Below are positions 1-8,935 of a stretch of DNA of 14,892 nt, in pieces; position 1 is the stretch's first letter, and every line of letters begins with the position of its first letter. The notes beneath the pieces are model-generated. The model did no database searches. It was not told the origin of the DNA and saw only the letters and a list, made by a program, of their open reading frames with translations. A program made the translations under genes and the position numbers. Source of the stretch: Elusimicrobiota bacterium (GTDB taxonomy: Bacteria > CG03 > SLGR01 > JBDRKX01); contig JBDRKX010000061.1 in NCBI GenBank assembly GCA_043813605.1, forward strand, positions 1-14,892, in the 5' to 3' direction.

Positions 1-44
1 ATCAATACTTACGAGTATTACTTCACTTTTTTGGTGTGTATCAT

Positions 45-1118
45 ATGGCATCTTTATCGTCTCGATTCCGCATCTTTAACGCAAAATCCGGGATACTGGC
101 ATTTTTATTATTAACAGCTTTACCGGCTGGTTTGCTGGCCGAGTTCAGCGGCTGGATCACGGAAATATACGCTAAAGGCGGTGCTGACTATGCCCCGGCG
201 GATTGGATGGAAATATACTGCGCAGCCGATGGGGCTGTAACGGGTTCAAAAGTGTATCATGTATATACAGATACAGGCAGTATAGTGAAGACAATGCCGG
301 CTATTACCGTCAAAAAAGGCGATTATATAATAATCCATTTCAGTGATCCGACAACAGCCGATGAGACAGATGCGACCGGTGATACCAATGGTAACGGTTT
401 ATGGGACCTGTATAGTCCGCATAACAACAGTACAAGGTGGGGCATATCTCTTTCAAAAGGGGCAGCATGGATAACTAAGATGGATGGGGCAACTTGGGTG
501 GATTATGTAACTTTCATTGATATAGATGCAGATTCTACATGGAATGACAATCTTTCAAATAAATACTCTTCAGCTACAGCACGTTCACAGTGGTCTCCGA
601 CAGAGTCCGGGTCATGGACATACGATGACTATAAGATAAATAGCGTCGATACTAGCGATAGGGATACCGGTATCTCACTGCAGAGGAGGGGAGGTTCCGA
701 CGGGGATCCTGAAGACACTAATACAAAAGCTGACTGGGAAATGGCCGCCACATCAAAAGGGGAGGGATATTTTATCCCGCAGGCCATATCCGGCCGGCTG
801 AAAATAAATAACAGCCCTTTTTTCCCGCACGGCGATAATACTTCTCAGTCGTCGGTAGGGAGCATAACTTATAAACTTGACAGCGCAAACTATAATGTGA
901 CTATAGCCGTCTATGACATAAACGGCTATGTTGTTAAATACCTGCTTCACGATTATCCTATCACATCAGGTGAAGGAGGCCTTACATGGAACGGATACGA
1001 TGAGATGGGCAATGTAGTGCCTACAGGTATCTATATCGTGCAATTGAGCGCAGAGAACAGGGATACGGGGGAGATAAAAAAATCGCATGATTCCATTGCA
1101 GTAGGAAGAAAATTCTAG
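45..1118 (+). CDS. Exported lamin-tail-domain (LTD) protein with C-terminal FlgD-Ig / T9SS-CTD-like domain
   Basis: Signal peptide (GILAFLLLTALPAGLLA). LTD-like motifs WITEIY...DWMEIY, VKKGDYIIIH, GISLQR, DTNTKADW. The C-terminal ~110 aa (NNSPFFP...VTIAVYDINGYVVKYL...LTWNGYDEMGNVVPTGIYIV) fit FlgD_ig/CTD. Start is ATG 45 or GTG 36. Confidence 0.8.
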   Translation: MASLSSRFRIFNAKSGILAFLLLTALPAGLLAEFSGWITEIYAKGGADYAPADWMEIYCAADGAVTGSKVYHVYTDTGSIVKTMPAITVKKGDYIIIHFSDPTTADETDATGDTNGNGLWDLYSPHNNSTRWGISLSKGAAWITKMDGATWVDYVTFIDIDADSTWNDNLSNKYSSATARSQWSPTESGSWTYDDYKINSVDTSDRDTGISLQRRGGSDGDPEDTNTKADWEMAATSKGEGYFIPQAISGRLKINNSPFFPHGDNTSQSSVGSITYKLDSANYNVTIAVYDINGYVVKYLLHDYPITSGEGGLTWNGYDEMGNVVPTGIYIVQLSAENRDTGEIKKSHDSIAVGRKF

Positions 1119-1120
1119 CC

Positions 1121-1125
1121 GGAGG
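1121..1125 (+). promoter_or_regulatory. Shine-Dalgarno site
   Basis: GGAGG 4 nt upstream of ATG 1130. Confidence 0.7.
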
Positions 1126-1129
1126 AAAG

Positions 1130-2689
1130 ATGAAAAGATCTGTATATATAAAGTCAGTATCTGTGATAACTTTTATTCTTATATTGTGCCGGGCCGGGTA
1201 TGGCGCTTTTGAGTTCAAAGAAGGGGATGTGCGCGCAAGCGGACTGTCCGGGGCTTATACCGGCGTATCGGATGATGCAGGCGCCATATGGTGGAACCCG
1301 GCCGGGTTGAGGTTAGTGAGGGAAATACAGGTAAAGAGCGCCTATACGAATCTCTATGGTGTTCCCGATCTTGATTATGTCAATTTTTCAATTGTGATCC
1401 CGACGATGCTTGCCGGTACCTGGGCGCTCGGTTTTTCCGATTTCGGGCCGTCGGAATACAGGGAGAACGATGTGCGTCTTGCATTTGCCGCCGGGTTAGG
1501 CAGCGGGATGTACATAGGAACGAACATCAAGAGGGAAACGGTAAGGATCGGTAATGGCGGCGGAACGGGCGGCGCGTTCGGAATGGACCTGGGGATAACC
1601 GCCAATGTCAATGAGTACCTGAGGATCGCCGCAAGCGCTTTGAATATAAATAATCCCAGATTGGAAGATACCCCGGAAACACTTCCCAAAAGGTTCATGT
1701 TCGGGGTACAGGTCAAACCTTATGAAGGATTTAATGCCGCTTTTGATATACATAAACCGCTTGAAAAAGACCTTGAAGCGAGGGTAGGTGTAGAGATAAC
1801 TGCGAGTGACATACTTACATTGCGGGCAGGGACCCAGATACGGCCTTCACGGTTCAGTTTCGGTTTTAGTGTAACCCAGTCTATATTTACATTCGATTAC
1901 GCATTCAGAACGCATTCGGCGCTGGCTTCACAGCATCTGTTCTCACTTGGCGCAAGGTTCGGAGAACATGAAAGAAAAAGGATGGAATATAATTTAGAAG
2001 AAGAGGAAAAACCCGCTTTTGTAGGAAAAATAGACATTAACAGGGCATCTGTTTTCAGATTGATGAGACTGCCGGGTGTAGGAAATATAGTTGCAAAACA
2101 GATAGTAGAATACAGGGAAAAATCGGGTAAATTCAAGTCAATAAAGGAATTGATGAACATATACGGTTTTTCCGAGACACTCTACAGCAAGATCGAAGAT
2201 TATATAACCATTGAGACTATAAAACCCCAGGAATATAAAATACCCGCTGAATCACAGAACATATTTGAGCAGCCTATACCAGGGATACCTCTTTGGGAAG
2301 AGAATGAGCATCCGCTTCAATCGGAAGAAATACCTGATTCCGAAATCCAGCCAGCATCGGAAGAAATACCCGGACTTGAAATAGAAGAAGGAACCGGTAT
2401 CGAAGACCGGATCGTTCCGGCTGAAGAACCTCTGCAGAAACCGGAGGAGATCAGGGAAACAGAAAAAAAGGATACAGCATTGCCCCGTGATGCCGGCCCC
2501 GGAGTGGATATCAACAGCGCGAATCTGAAGGAACTGGATTCGATACCCGGTATAACCTATCCGCTGGCGAGGAATATAATCAGTTACAGAAAAAAATACG
2601 GAAATTTCACGAATTGGGATGACCTGCTTAAAGTGCCCGGTATTAACAGCAGGATCCTGAAAGAAATAAAAAAATCCGGGAAACTTTAA
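1130..2689 (+). CDS. PorV/PorQ-like outer-membrane beta-barrel fused to two ComEA-type helix-hairpin-helix DNA-binding domains
   Basis: Signal peptide, then the PorV/FadL-family N-terminal motif RASGLSGAYTGVSDDAGAIWWNPAGL, FGMDLG, and a barrel ending FDYAF...HLFSLGARF (aa 277, nt 1960). HhH_3 domains follow at ~2027-2212 (KIDINRAS...LPGVG...AKQIVEYREKSGKFKSIKEL) and ~2504-2686 (VDINSANLKELDSIPGI...ARNIISYRKKYGNF...DLLKVPGI), separated by a Glu/Pro-rich linker. Confidence 0.85.
   Translation: MKRSVYIKSVSVITFILILCRAGYGAFEFKEGDVRASGLSGAYTGVSDDAGAIWWNPAGLRLVREIQVKSAYTNLYGVPDLDYVNFSIVIPTMLAGTWALGFSDFGPSEYRENDVRLAFAAGLGSGMYIGTNIKRETVRIGNGGGTGGAFGMDLGITANVNEYLRIAASALNINNPRLEDTPETLPKRFMFGVQVKPYEGFNAAFDIHKPLEKDLEARVGVEITASDILTLRAGTQIRPSRFSFGFSVTQSIFTFDYAFRTHSALASQHLFSLGARFGEHERKRMEYNLEEEEKPAFVGKIDINRASVFRLMRLPGVGNIVAKQIVEYREKSGKFKSIKELMNIYGFSETLYSKIEDYITIETIKPQEYKIPAESQNIFEQPIPGIPLWEENEHPLQSEEIPDSEIQPASEEIPGLEIEEGTGIEDRIVPAEEPLQKPEEIRETEKKDTALPRDAGPGVDINSANLKELDSIPGITYPLARNIISYRKKYGNFTNWDDLLKVPGINSRILKEIKKSGKL
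2321..2392 (+). repeat. Degenerate 36-nt tandem duplication in the acidic linker (SEEIPDSEIQPA / SEEIPGLEIEEG)
   Basis: tcggaagaaatacc occurs at 2321 and 2357, and gaaat is also in register in both copies. Confidence 0.7.
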
Positions 2690-2699
2690 CTTATACCTG

Positions 2700-5048
2700 A
2701 TGAAGAAAACAGCGGTTTTATTGTTATTAATAAGTCTTTTGCCCGTATTGCTTCTGGGAGCAAGACGAATAACGCTTGTAGATATAAACCTGGATGAACC
2801 CGAAAAGATAATGCTGATTCCCGGTGTTAAGAAAAAAAGTGCCTTGAATATAGCCGAATACAGGGAAAAGAACGGTTATTTTAAAAAGTTGACCGATCTG
2901 CTCGAAGTACCCGGTATTGATCAGGAACTCTACAATTCAATGGAACCATATCTGACTATAACTTCTCCGGAAGATATTAAAACAGAAGAGCTTTATGAAG
3001 AATTCGACGAGATACAGGAAGGAGAGACTGAGGCCGAGTATGATGTGGATATTGAAAATCTGGAGAAATACGAAACGCGGCCAATGGACCTGAATACGGC
3101 GGCTGCAGCCCAGATGATAGAACTCCCGCTGGTTACGCGCGAGGTTGCCCGGAAGATCACTGATTACAGGAGGGCAAACAGGGGTTTTTCTTCCGTAGAG
3201 GAGCTGAGAGAAATCATACCGGCGCATATTGTTGACAGTATATCTCCTTTTGTGACGGTTGTAAGAGGTGCGGAGATAGAAAAATTTCACGGAGACATGA
3301 GGGTAAGGTACGGAGTATGGCCGTATCCTTTCAGTGAGAGTTATATAAAAGGTGATTCGAATTACCATAATCCGCAGTATTTTTACAACCGGTTGAGGTT
3401 ATATTACGGGAACAAGGCGGAAACGGGCCTGGTATTAAGAAAAGACAGGAATTCCCGTCCGCTTGATTTCGAGAATATAAGGAACTATTACTTGATAAAA
3501 AATTACCTGCTGCTCAGGAATGTACTTACAATGGATACCCTGGTACTGGGTAATTTTTCACTGGATTTTGCGCAGGGCATGTTTATCCAGCCCGATCCCT
3601 TCTTGATGAGGAGTATTCCGAGAAAACCCCGCGGGCTCATGGAAGACAGCGGTACGCATACTAATGATAATTTTTACGGTATAGCGGGTGTGAAAAGTTT
3701 CGGGTTCTGGAAAGTATACGGGTTTTATTCCCATAAACCGCTGATAGTCGGTACCATGAACCCTGACGGCAGTGTGGGTACCCCGCCGACGATGTTCTAC
3801 GATTATTTCATGACATATTTAAGCAGTGACAGATCCTATGAATATAACGATGCCCTTAAAGAAAAGCTCTACGGCATGCGCGCTGAATACAAGATCACAC
3901 ACTCTCTTTCGGCGGGAGTGGGATTTTACGAGGAATTATTCGAGCCGCATATCGATCCCGCTGTAGAAGTTGACGGTAATACGGTTTACCTGTTGTCGGA
4001 TTATTATTTCAGGGGAGATAAAGTCAGGTTATATGTGTGCGATCTGGAATACCGCTACAGGAATTTGAGGTTTTTCGTGGATGCAGGAAGAAGCTATTAT
4101 CATACATTCGACCGGAGTGTGCGCACTTCGGATGAATATACAGGCACCAGTCCGGAATGGCGCTGGGAGTCGGGAGACGGGTACCAGTTCCTTGCGGTTT
4201 ATAAATATGAAAAGCTCAAACTGTGGGCGGATTATCACAGGCTGGATTATGATTACTTCGCGTTTCATTCGTCACCGTGGATATCGGCTCTTGGCGCAGA
4301 GACATTCAAACGGGATGAAGAAGGATATGTGCTGGGAGGAAAATACAGAATGGGCCCGGTAGAAACTCAGTTGAGTTTCAGGTACGGCCGGCCCCTGATA
4401 TCTCCCAGGTTTTACAGTACTCAGACCGATGACTTGTCTACATGGGCGGCAAAAGATGAATACGAGGTCTACTGGGATAACAGCTGGAAAGCTTTAGAAA
4501 CTCTTACAGTAAAATACCGCCATACTTATCTGTATAAGAACAGGACGGCCGCGTACGGGGAACCTTCCCCGATAAGCGATTACCTTTACGGTGATGACAG
4601 TGATCTGAAGGTTCATGTTCCGTATCGTACGATCAAAAACCGGTATGAACTTGTGCATGAACCTTCGTCCAGTGTCCGCCTGAAATGGCGGCTGGAAACA
4701 GTAGACAGCGCTTATACCTGCCTGGGCGCCAGCATGCGCGGGTACATGACATTCGGGGAGCTTAAATACAAACCTACATGGGCTCTGGCTATTTTTTCCA
4801 GGGTCACTTACTGGGATGCGCCTAAGGGCGTATCTGCAGGAGCGATGGAATACACATGGCCGAACGCTCTTATACCGTACGGCTATTATTCGTTTTACAG
4901 CGCTACAGAAAAAAATTACAGGTGGTATATAATGCCTACATTGAAATTTTCCAGGCGTTCTAAACTGTGGATGAAATACGAGTACTGGCCCAATGAAGAA
5001 GATGCGGCCAAAAGTACGTTCAAACTGCAGTATGATTGTTCATGGTAA
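2700..5048 (+). CDS. ComEA-like protein: two N-terminal HhH domains followed by a large predicted outer-membrane beta-barrel
   Basis: Signal peptide MKKTAVLLLLISLLPVLLLGA. HhH_3 domains at ~2775-2960 (VDINLD...IPGV...IAEYREKNGYFKKLTDLLEVPGI) and ~3081-3260 (MDLNTA...LPLV...ARKITDYRRANRGFSSVEEL). The remainder is Tyr/Trp-rich with alternating strands, contains VLGNFSLDFAQG, and ends in the aromatic beta-signal FKLQYDCSW. Confidence 0.8.
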   Translation: MKKTAVLLLLISLLPVLLLGARRITLVDINLDEPEKIMLIPGVKKKSALNIAEYREKNGYFKKLTDLLEVPGIDQELYNSMEPYLTITSPEDIKTEELYEEFDEIQEGETEAEYDVDIENLEKYETRPMDLNTAAAAQMIELPLVTREVARKITDYRRANRGFSSVEELREIIPAHIVDSISPFVTVVRGAEIEKFHGDMRVRYGVWPYPFSESYIKGDSNYHNPQYFYNRLRLYYGNKAETGLVLRKDRNSRPLDFENIRNYYLIKNYLLLRNVLTMDTLVLGNFSLDFAQGMFIQPDPFLMRSIPRKPRGLMEDSGTHTNDNFYGIAGVKSFGFWKVYGFYSHKPLIVGTMNPDGSVGTPPTMFYDYFMTYLSSDRSYEYNDALKEKLYGMRAEYKITHSLSAGVGFYEELFEPHIDPAVEVDGNTVYLLSDYYFRGDKVRLYVCDLEYRYRNLRFFVDAGRSYYHTFDRSVRTSDEYTGTSPEWRWESGDGYQFLAVYKYEKLKLWADYHRLDYDYFAFHSSPWISALGAETFKRDEEGYVLGGKYRMGPVETQLSFRYGRPLISPRFYSTQTDDLSTWAAKDEYEVYWDNSWKALETLTVKYRHTYLYKNRTAAYGEPSPISDYLYGDDSDLKVHVPYRTIKNRYELVHEPSSSVRLKWRLETVDSAYTCLGASMRGYMTFGELKYKPTWALAIFSRVTYWDAPKGVSAGAMEYTWPNALIPYGYYSFYSATEKNYRWYIMPTLKFSRRSKLWMKYEYWPNEEDAAKSTFKLQYDCSW

Positions 5049-5081
5049 TTAAACCCATCTATTACAACAAATGGGTTAAAT
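5048..5081. repeat. Intergenic inverted repeat (possible RNA hairpin or operator)
   Basis: attaaacccat (5048-5058) and atgggttaaat (5071-5081) are complementary at 10/11 positions with a 12-nt spacer. No U-tract follows. Confidence 0.4.
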
Positions 5082-5117
5082 AATGAATGAATTTCCCGGG
5101 TGGACAGGAGGAAATAT

Positions 5118-6374
5118 ATGAAAGTAAAACTGATAGTAATGATATTGTTGCTGGTTGAGATCCCGGGCAGTGTCAGGGCAATGACATACCTGGGTCATAC
5201 AGAAGGGCTCGGGGATCCGGTTATTGCCGTAACCAGCCGGGTACGCGCCATGGGAAATACCTCACTCGCTTCGGCAAGCGGTGTCGAGGCTGTTTTCTAT
5301 AATCCGGCTAATATGGTCAATACGACCAGGCTGTCACATATGCTCGGGCTCGGTGTCGCTTCAGTCAGGGAGACGATCGAAACAGACAGTGAGCCTACAA
5401 GTTATTCTTCGGCTCTCTATTTCATGGTTACCGGAATAGGCGCCGTTTATCCGCTTAAGGATAATATTGCTATAGGCGCGTTCTACAGGCCGCTGACGGA
5501 TCTCAGTTATAAACACAAAAGGGATGTGTATGAATCAGGGCTCATAGCAGAAACAAGAGAATTGACCAGTAACGGTGGTATAAAGGAAATAGGCATATCG
5601 GTAGGAACAAGAGTCTTGCCAAGGCTGAGAGCGGGAATGGATATTGATACCGTAACAGGGGGGCTGGAATCTTCTTCAAGTGAAGTTGATATAGAGTCAG
5701 CGAAAGTAATACAGGAAAGAGATAATTCATACGGCGGATTCAGATGCGGATTCGGGATAGATGCGGACATAGTGGACGAAGTGATGAATATATCCGTTAA
5801 ATATACGCCTTCCGCAGAACTGGAGAACAGCTGGAAACTTAATAGATCCACGTATACATGGACTGTTTCAGGCAACTGGCCTTCAGCCCCTTCATCCGAG
5901 AGCGAAATAAACGGAAAACTGAAATATAAGTTTCCTTCAGAAACGGGCATAGGATTGAATTACAGGTTTCCCGGCCGGGAAGGTTCGGTGCTTTCCGTAG
6001 ATATAGTGAGGACAGGCTGGAACGCTTTCAGATACAAGGAAGTAAAAATGAATACCGCTGCGGGTTATAACGAATGGCAGGACCCTCATTACAGGGATAC
6101 TACAAGGGTCAGCCTGGGAGTCGAACATAAACTTACTTATACAACGGTATTGAGATACGGGTTTACGCATATGCCGTATTATTCCATGACTTCATGCGAT
6201 ACTACGATGTTCACAGCGGGTCTCGGTTTTCCTGTCGGTGAATACCTTTTGCTCGATATCGCAGGCGCCTATTCAAGGAGAAATTATTACGGGAAGAGCG
6301 TGTTCTTTACGGAAGATGAGATGGTGGATGAGAGCGCAATAGATATTTCCTGCAGCGCTGAATGGAGATTTTGA
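5118..6374 (+). CDS. FadL/OmpP1/PorV-family outer-membrane beta-barrel protein
   Basis: AGGAGG at 5106-5111 supports ATG 5118 over GTG 5100. Signal peptide, motif SRVRAMGNTSLA...AVFYNPAN, late strands (RVSLGVEH, LRYGF, FTAGLGF, LDIAGAY) and C-terminal SAEWRF. Confidence 0.8.
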   Translation: MKVKLIVMILLLVEIPGSVRAMTYLGHTEGLGDPVIAVTSRVRAMGNTSLASASGVEAVFYNPANMVNTTRLSHMLGLGVASVRETIETDSEPTSYSSALYFMVTGIGAVYPLKDNIAIGAFYRPLTDLSYKHKRDVYESGLIAETRELTSNGGIKEIGISVGTRVLPRLRAGMDIDTVTGGLESSSSEVDIESAKVIQERDNSYGGFRCGFGIDADIVDEVMNISVKYTPSAELENSWKLNRSTYTWTVSGNWPSAPSSESEINGKLKYKFPSETGIGLNYRFPGREGSVLSVDIVRTGWNAFRYKEVKMNTAAGYNEWQDPHYRDTTRVSLGVEHKLTYTTVLRYGFTHMPYYSMTSCDTTMFTAGLGFPVGEYLLLDIAGAYSRRNYYGKSVFFTEDEMVDESAIDISCSAEWRF

Positions 6375-7972
6375 AAAAATTTTTTATAACTTTGATCCTG
6401 TGTCTAATAGTCCCGGGCAGTCTTTATGCGCTGGAAAGAGAGCTGTTTCTTACGCCTGAAGGCCGGCAGGTAGAAGTTGAAAAAAACGCAATAATCGTAA
6501 AATACAAGAAGAATATGTCATCGGCCGTAAAAAGATCGATAGAGGCATCAGCCGGTGTCAGGTATGCCGGAGGCATGAAGAAACTCGGTATCGAACGGGT
6601 CCAGCTGCAGGATGGAACAACTCTTGAAGAAGCACTGGAAAAATTTCTCGGCATGGACAATGTTATTTATGCTGAACCTGTATATCTCAGAAAGGCCAGT
6701 AAGCTCCCGCTGGAATATTCCGATATAAATGCTCTTAAAAACAGGCAGTGGGCGCTGGAAAAAGTGAATGCTCCTGAAGCGTGGGAACTGGCAACAGGAG
6801 GAGAAACAGTTGTGGCGGTGCTTGATACCGGGATAGACCTGGATCACCCTGAACTTGTATCCAATATGTGGGTAAATCCTTCTCCTGATACGGTTTGTGA
6901 CACATATTTCGATTCATGGGGGTATACCTATTCTATAAAATACGATACGAACGGATGGAATTTTGTCGGAGATAACAATGATCCGGATGATGATAATGTT
7001 TCCTCAGGCGGACACGGTACTCACTGTGCCGGGATAATAGCCGCCAGGGCGAATACGTCTACTTATACTATTGTGGGAATGTCCTGGTTCAATAAACTGA
7101 TGGCTGTTAAAACGCTCAATAACATAGGCTGGGGCACTGACTGGGATATAATATACGGTATTGTGTATGCGGCCGACCGCGGCGCGGATGTTATCAGCAT
7201 GAGTTTCGGAGGCACAGATTCCAGCCAGGCTGAAGAAGACGCTGTTAACTATGCGTACGAAAAAGGATGTGTGCTTGTCGCCGCTTCCGGCAATGACGGG
7301 AGCCGGTCCGTGGATTTTCCTGCGGCGTATAACAATGTAATAGCTGTCGGCGCTTCCAGTTCTTCGGATACTGTCTCTGATTTCTCCAATTACGGTACTG
7401 CCATGGACCTTGTCGCTCCCGGAGAAACCATCTATTCCACATACATAGGAGGTTACGGGAACCTGACCGGGACTTCGATGGCATGTCCGCTCGTCGCCGG
7501 TCTGGCGTCACTTGTCATTTCTTACTGGGAGGGACACAATAATGCTGTATGGACACCCCAGCAGGTGCGTAATATAATGACTTCCAATTGTGATGACATT
7601 AACAGCACAGCTTACCTGGGCTGGGACAAGTATGCCGGTTACGGCAGGATGAATGCCGAGAGAACACTTCAGTTCCTTACTGCCGGCGCTGTAAAAATTG
7701 ATGAAGAAAAAGTGCTTGTATATCCTAATCCGTTCAACCCGGGAACACAGCGTTCGCTCCTTGTACTTCCCAGGGATTACGGCGGAACGATAAAGAAACT
7801 GAGGATATATTCCATTGACGGCCAGGAAGTGAGAGAAGTCGGCGGCAGCGGTTCTGTCGTATACTGGGATGGAAAAAACAATGACGGCGAGATGTGCTCT
7901 TCGGGGCTCTATTTTTATTTCCTGGATACTACCGTGGGAAGCAGAAAAGGAAAGATAACTCTGATAAGATGA
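6362..7972 (+). CDS. Exported S8 (subtilisin/thermitase-like) serine peptidase with prodomain and C-terminal FlgD-Ig/T9SS-CTD-like domain
   Basis: Catalytic triad VAVLDTG (D155), HGTHCAG (H218), GTSMACP (S372), plus oxyanion AASGN. Prodomain runs IIVKYK...VIYAEP. C-terminal VYPNPFNP...IYSIDGQEVR...WDGKNNDG...SGLYFY...GKITLIR. Alternative start TTG 6371. Confidence 0.93.
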   Translation: MEILKKFFITLILCLIVPGSLYALERELFLTPEGRQVEVEKNAIIVKYKKNMSSAVKRSIEASAGVRYAGGMKKLGIERVQLQDGTTLEEALEKFLGMDNVIYAEPVYLRKASKLPLEYSDINALKNRQWALEKVNAPEAWELATGGETVVAVLDTGIDLDHPELVSNMWVNPSPDTVCDTYFDSWGYTYSIKYDTNGWNFVGDNNDPDDDNVSSGGHGTHCAGIIAARANTSTYTIVGMSWFNKLMAVKTLNNIGWGTDWDIIYGIVYAADRGADVISMSFGGTDSSQAEEDAVNYAYEKGCVLVAASGNDGSRSVDFPAAYNNVIAVGASSSSDTVSDFSNYGTAMDLVAPGETIYSTYIGGYGNLTGTSMACPLVAGLASLVISYWEGHNNAVWTPQQVRNIMTSNCDDINSTAYLGWDKYAGYGRMNAERTLQFLTAGAVKIDEEKVLVYPNPFNPGTQRSLLVLPRDYGGTIKKLRIYSIDGQEVREVGGSGSVVYWDGKNNDGEMCSSGLYFYFLDTTVGSRKGKITLIR

Positions 7973-8877
7973 AGAAAACCTCTGCAAAATTAATTTTTAC
8001 GGTATTGGCAGGAGTCTGTTTTTCATGGAGTTCTCTTTACGGGGGGTACGGTACGGCGGGCGCCCGGATACTCAACCTGAAGTGTTCGGCAAGGATATCC
8101 GCCATGGGTAATGCGTTTGCCGGGCTTTCGGACGATCTTAATGCTGTAGTCTATAATCCTGCAGGCCTGTCGCTTTTATACGGTACGGAATTCCAGTTTA
8201 CGCGCCTGGTCTATTTACTGGATTCGGGTATGAGTTCGGTCACGTACGGACAGAAGATAGGAAGGTTCGGATTAGGTGTGAAAGTGAAGCTTTTTACCGC
8301 GGATGATACATACAGGGATGAAGTAGGTTATAATGAGAAGGAATTCGGTATCAGGTATTCACAATATACTGTCGGGGCCGGATACCCGCTCTTTTTAAGG
8401 CATAGTCTGGGTGTTGCCGTTAATGTAGTCACGGAAGATTTTCAACTGGAAAAAACCGGATACGCTGAAGGTGATATCTCGGGCCGGGCAGTCGGTTTTG
8501 ATATCGGCTGGCTCTACCGGGGGTACAGGGGCGATTCGTTCGGTCTTGTGCTGAGAAATATCGGCGGCCGGATAAATACGGGTTCCGAAAAATCGCCTTT
8601 GCCGGCACAATACGTGCTCGGGGGCGGACACAGGATGGGAAAATTCCTCTTTGTATGGGAAATATTCACGGGGCGGGAGATATCATTCGGCTGGGAATGC
8701 GGACTGGAAGCCGAGATGAGCGGATTCAGTGTAAGAAGCGGATTTATGTATTTGACCAATCCGGATATCAGTTTCGGTTTCGGATTGCCGTACAAAAACT
8801 GGAGACTTGACTATGCCTTTTCTCCGCATCAGGATCTGGGAACAGCTCACCGGGTATCGCTGGGATTCTATTTTTGA
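7969..8877 (+). CDS. PorV/PorQ-like (UPF0164-type) outer-membrane beta-barrel
   Basis: ATG 7969 overlaps the S8 stop (ATGA) and yields the signal peptide MKKTSAKLIF..., so it is preferred over 7894. Motifs SARISAMGNAFAGLSDDLNAVVYNPAGL, FDIGW, LRNIGG, WRLDYAFSPHQDLGTAHRVSLGFYF. Confidence 0.85.
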   Translation: MKKTSAKLIFTVLAGVCFSWSSLYGGYGTAGARILNLKCSARISAMGNAFAGLSDDLNAVVYNPAGLSLLYGTEFQFTRLVYLLDSGMSSVTYGQKIGRFGLGVKVKLFTADDTYRDEVGYNEKEFGIRYSQYTVGAGYPLFLRHSLGVAVNVVTEDFQLEKTGYAEGDISGRAVGFDIGWLYRGYRGDSFGLVLRNIGGRINTGSEKSPLPAQYVLGGGHRMGKFLFVWEIFTGREISFGWECGLEAEMSGFSVRSGFMYLTNPDISFGFGLPYKNWRLDYAFSPHQDLGTAHRVSLGFYF

Positions 8878-8886
8878 AAGCCGGTG

Positions 8887-8915
8887 TTGAAGAATGATTG
8901 TTTAAGAGTTAATAT
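8887..8915 (+). promoter_or_regulatory. Possible sigma70-type internal promoter upstream of the C10 gene
   Basis: TTGAAG (8887-8892), 17-nt spacer, TAATAT (8910-8915) in an AT-rich 58-nt gap. Weak pattern match only. Confidence 0.25.
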
Positions 8916-8935
8916 ATATAATTAAAAATTCAGTT

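Noticed and set aside
4081..4362. 93-aa + strand ORF
   Set aside because: Nested out of frame inside the HhH-barrel gene, with no motif.
7894..7968. Upstream extension of the second PorV-like gene
   Set aside because: It overlaps the S8 CTD. ATG 7969 gives a clean signal peptide and aligns exactly with the paralog's start.
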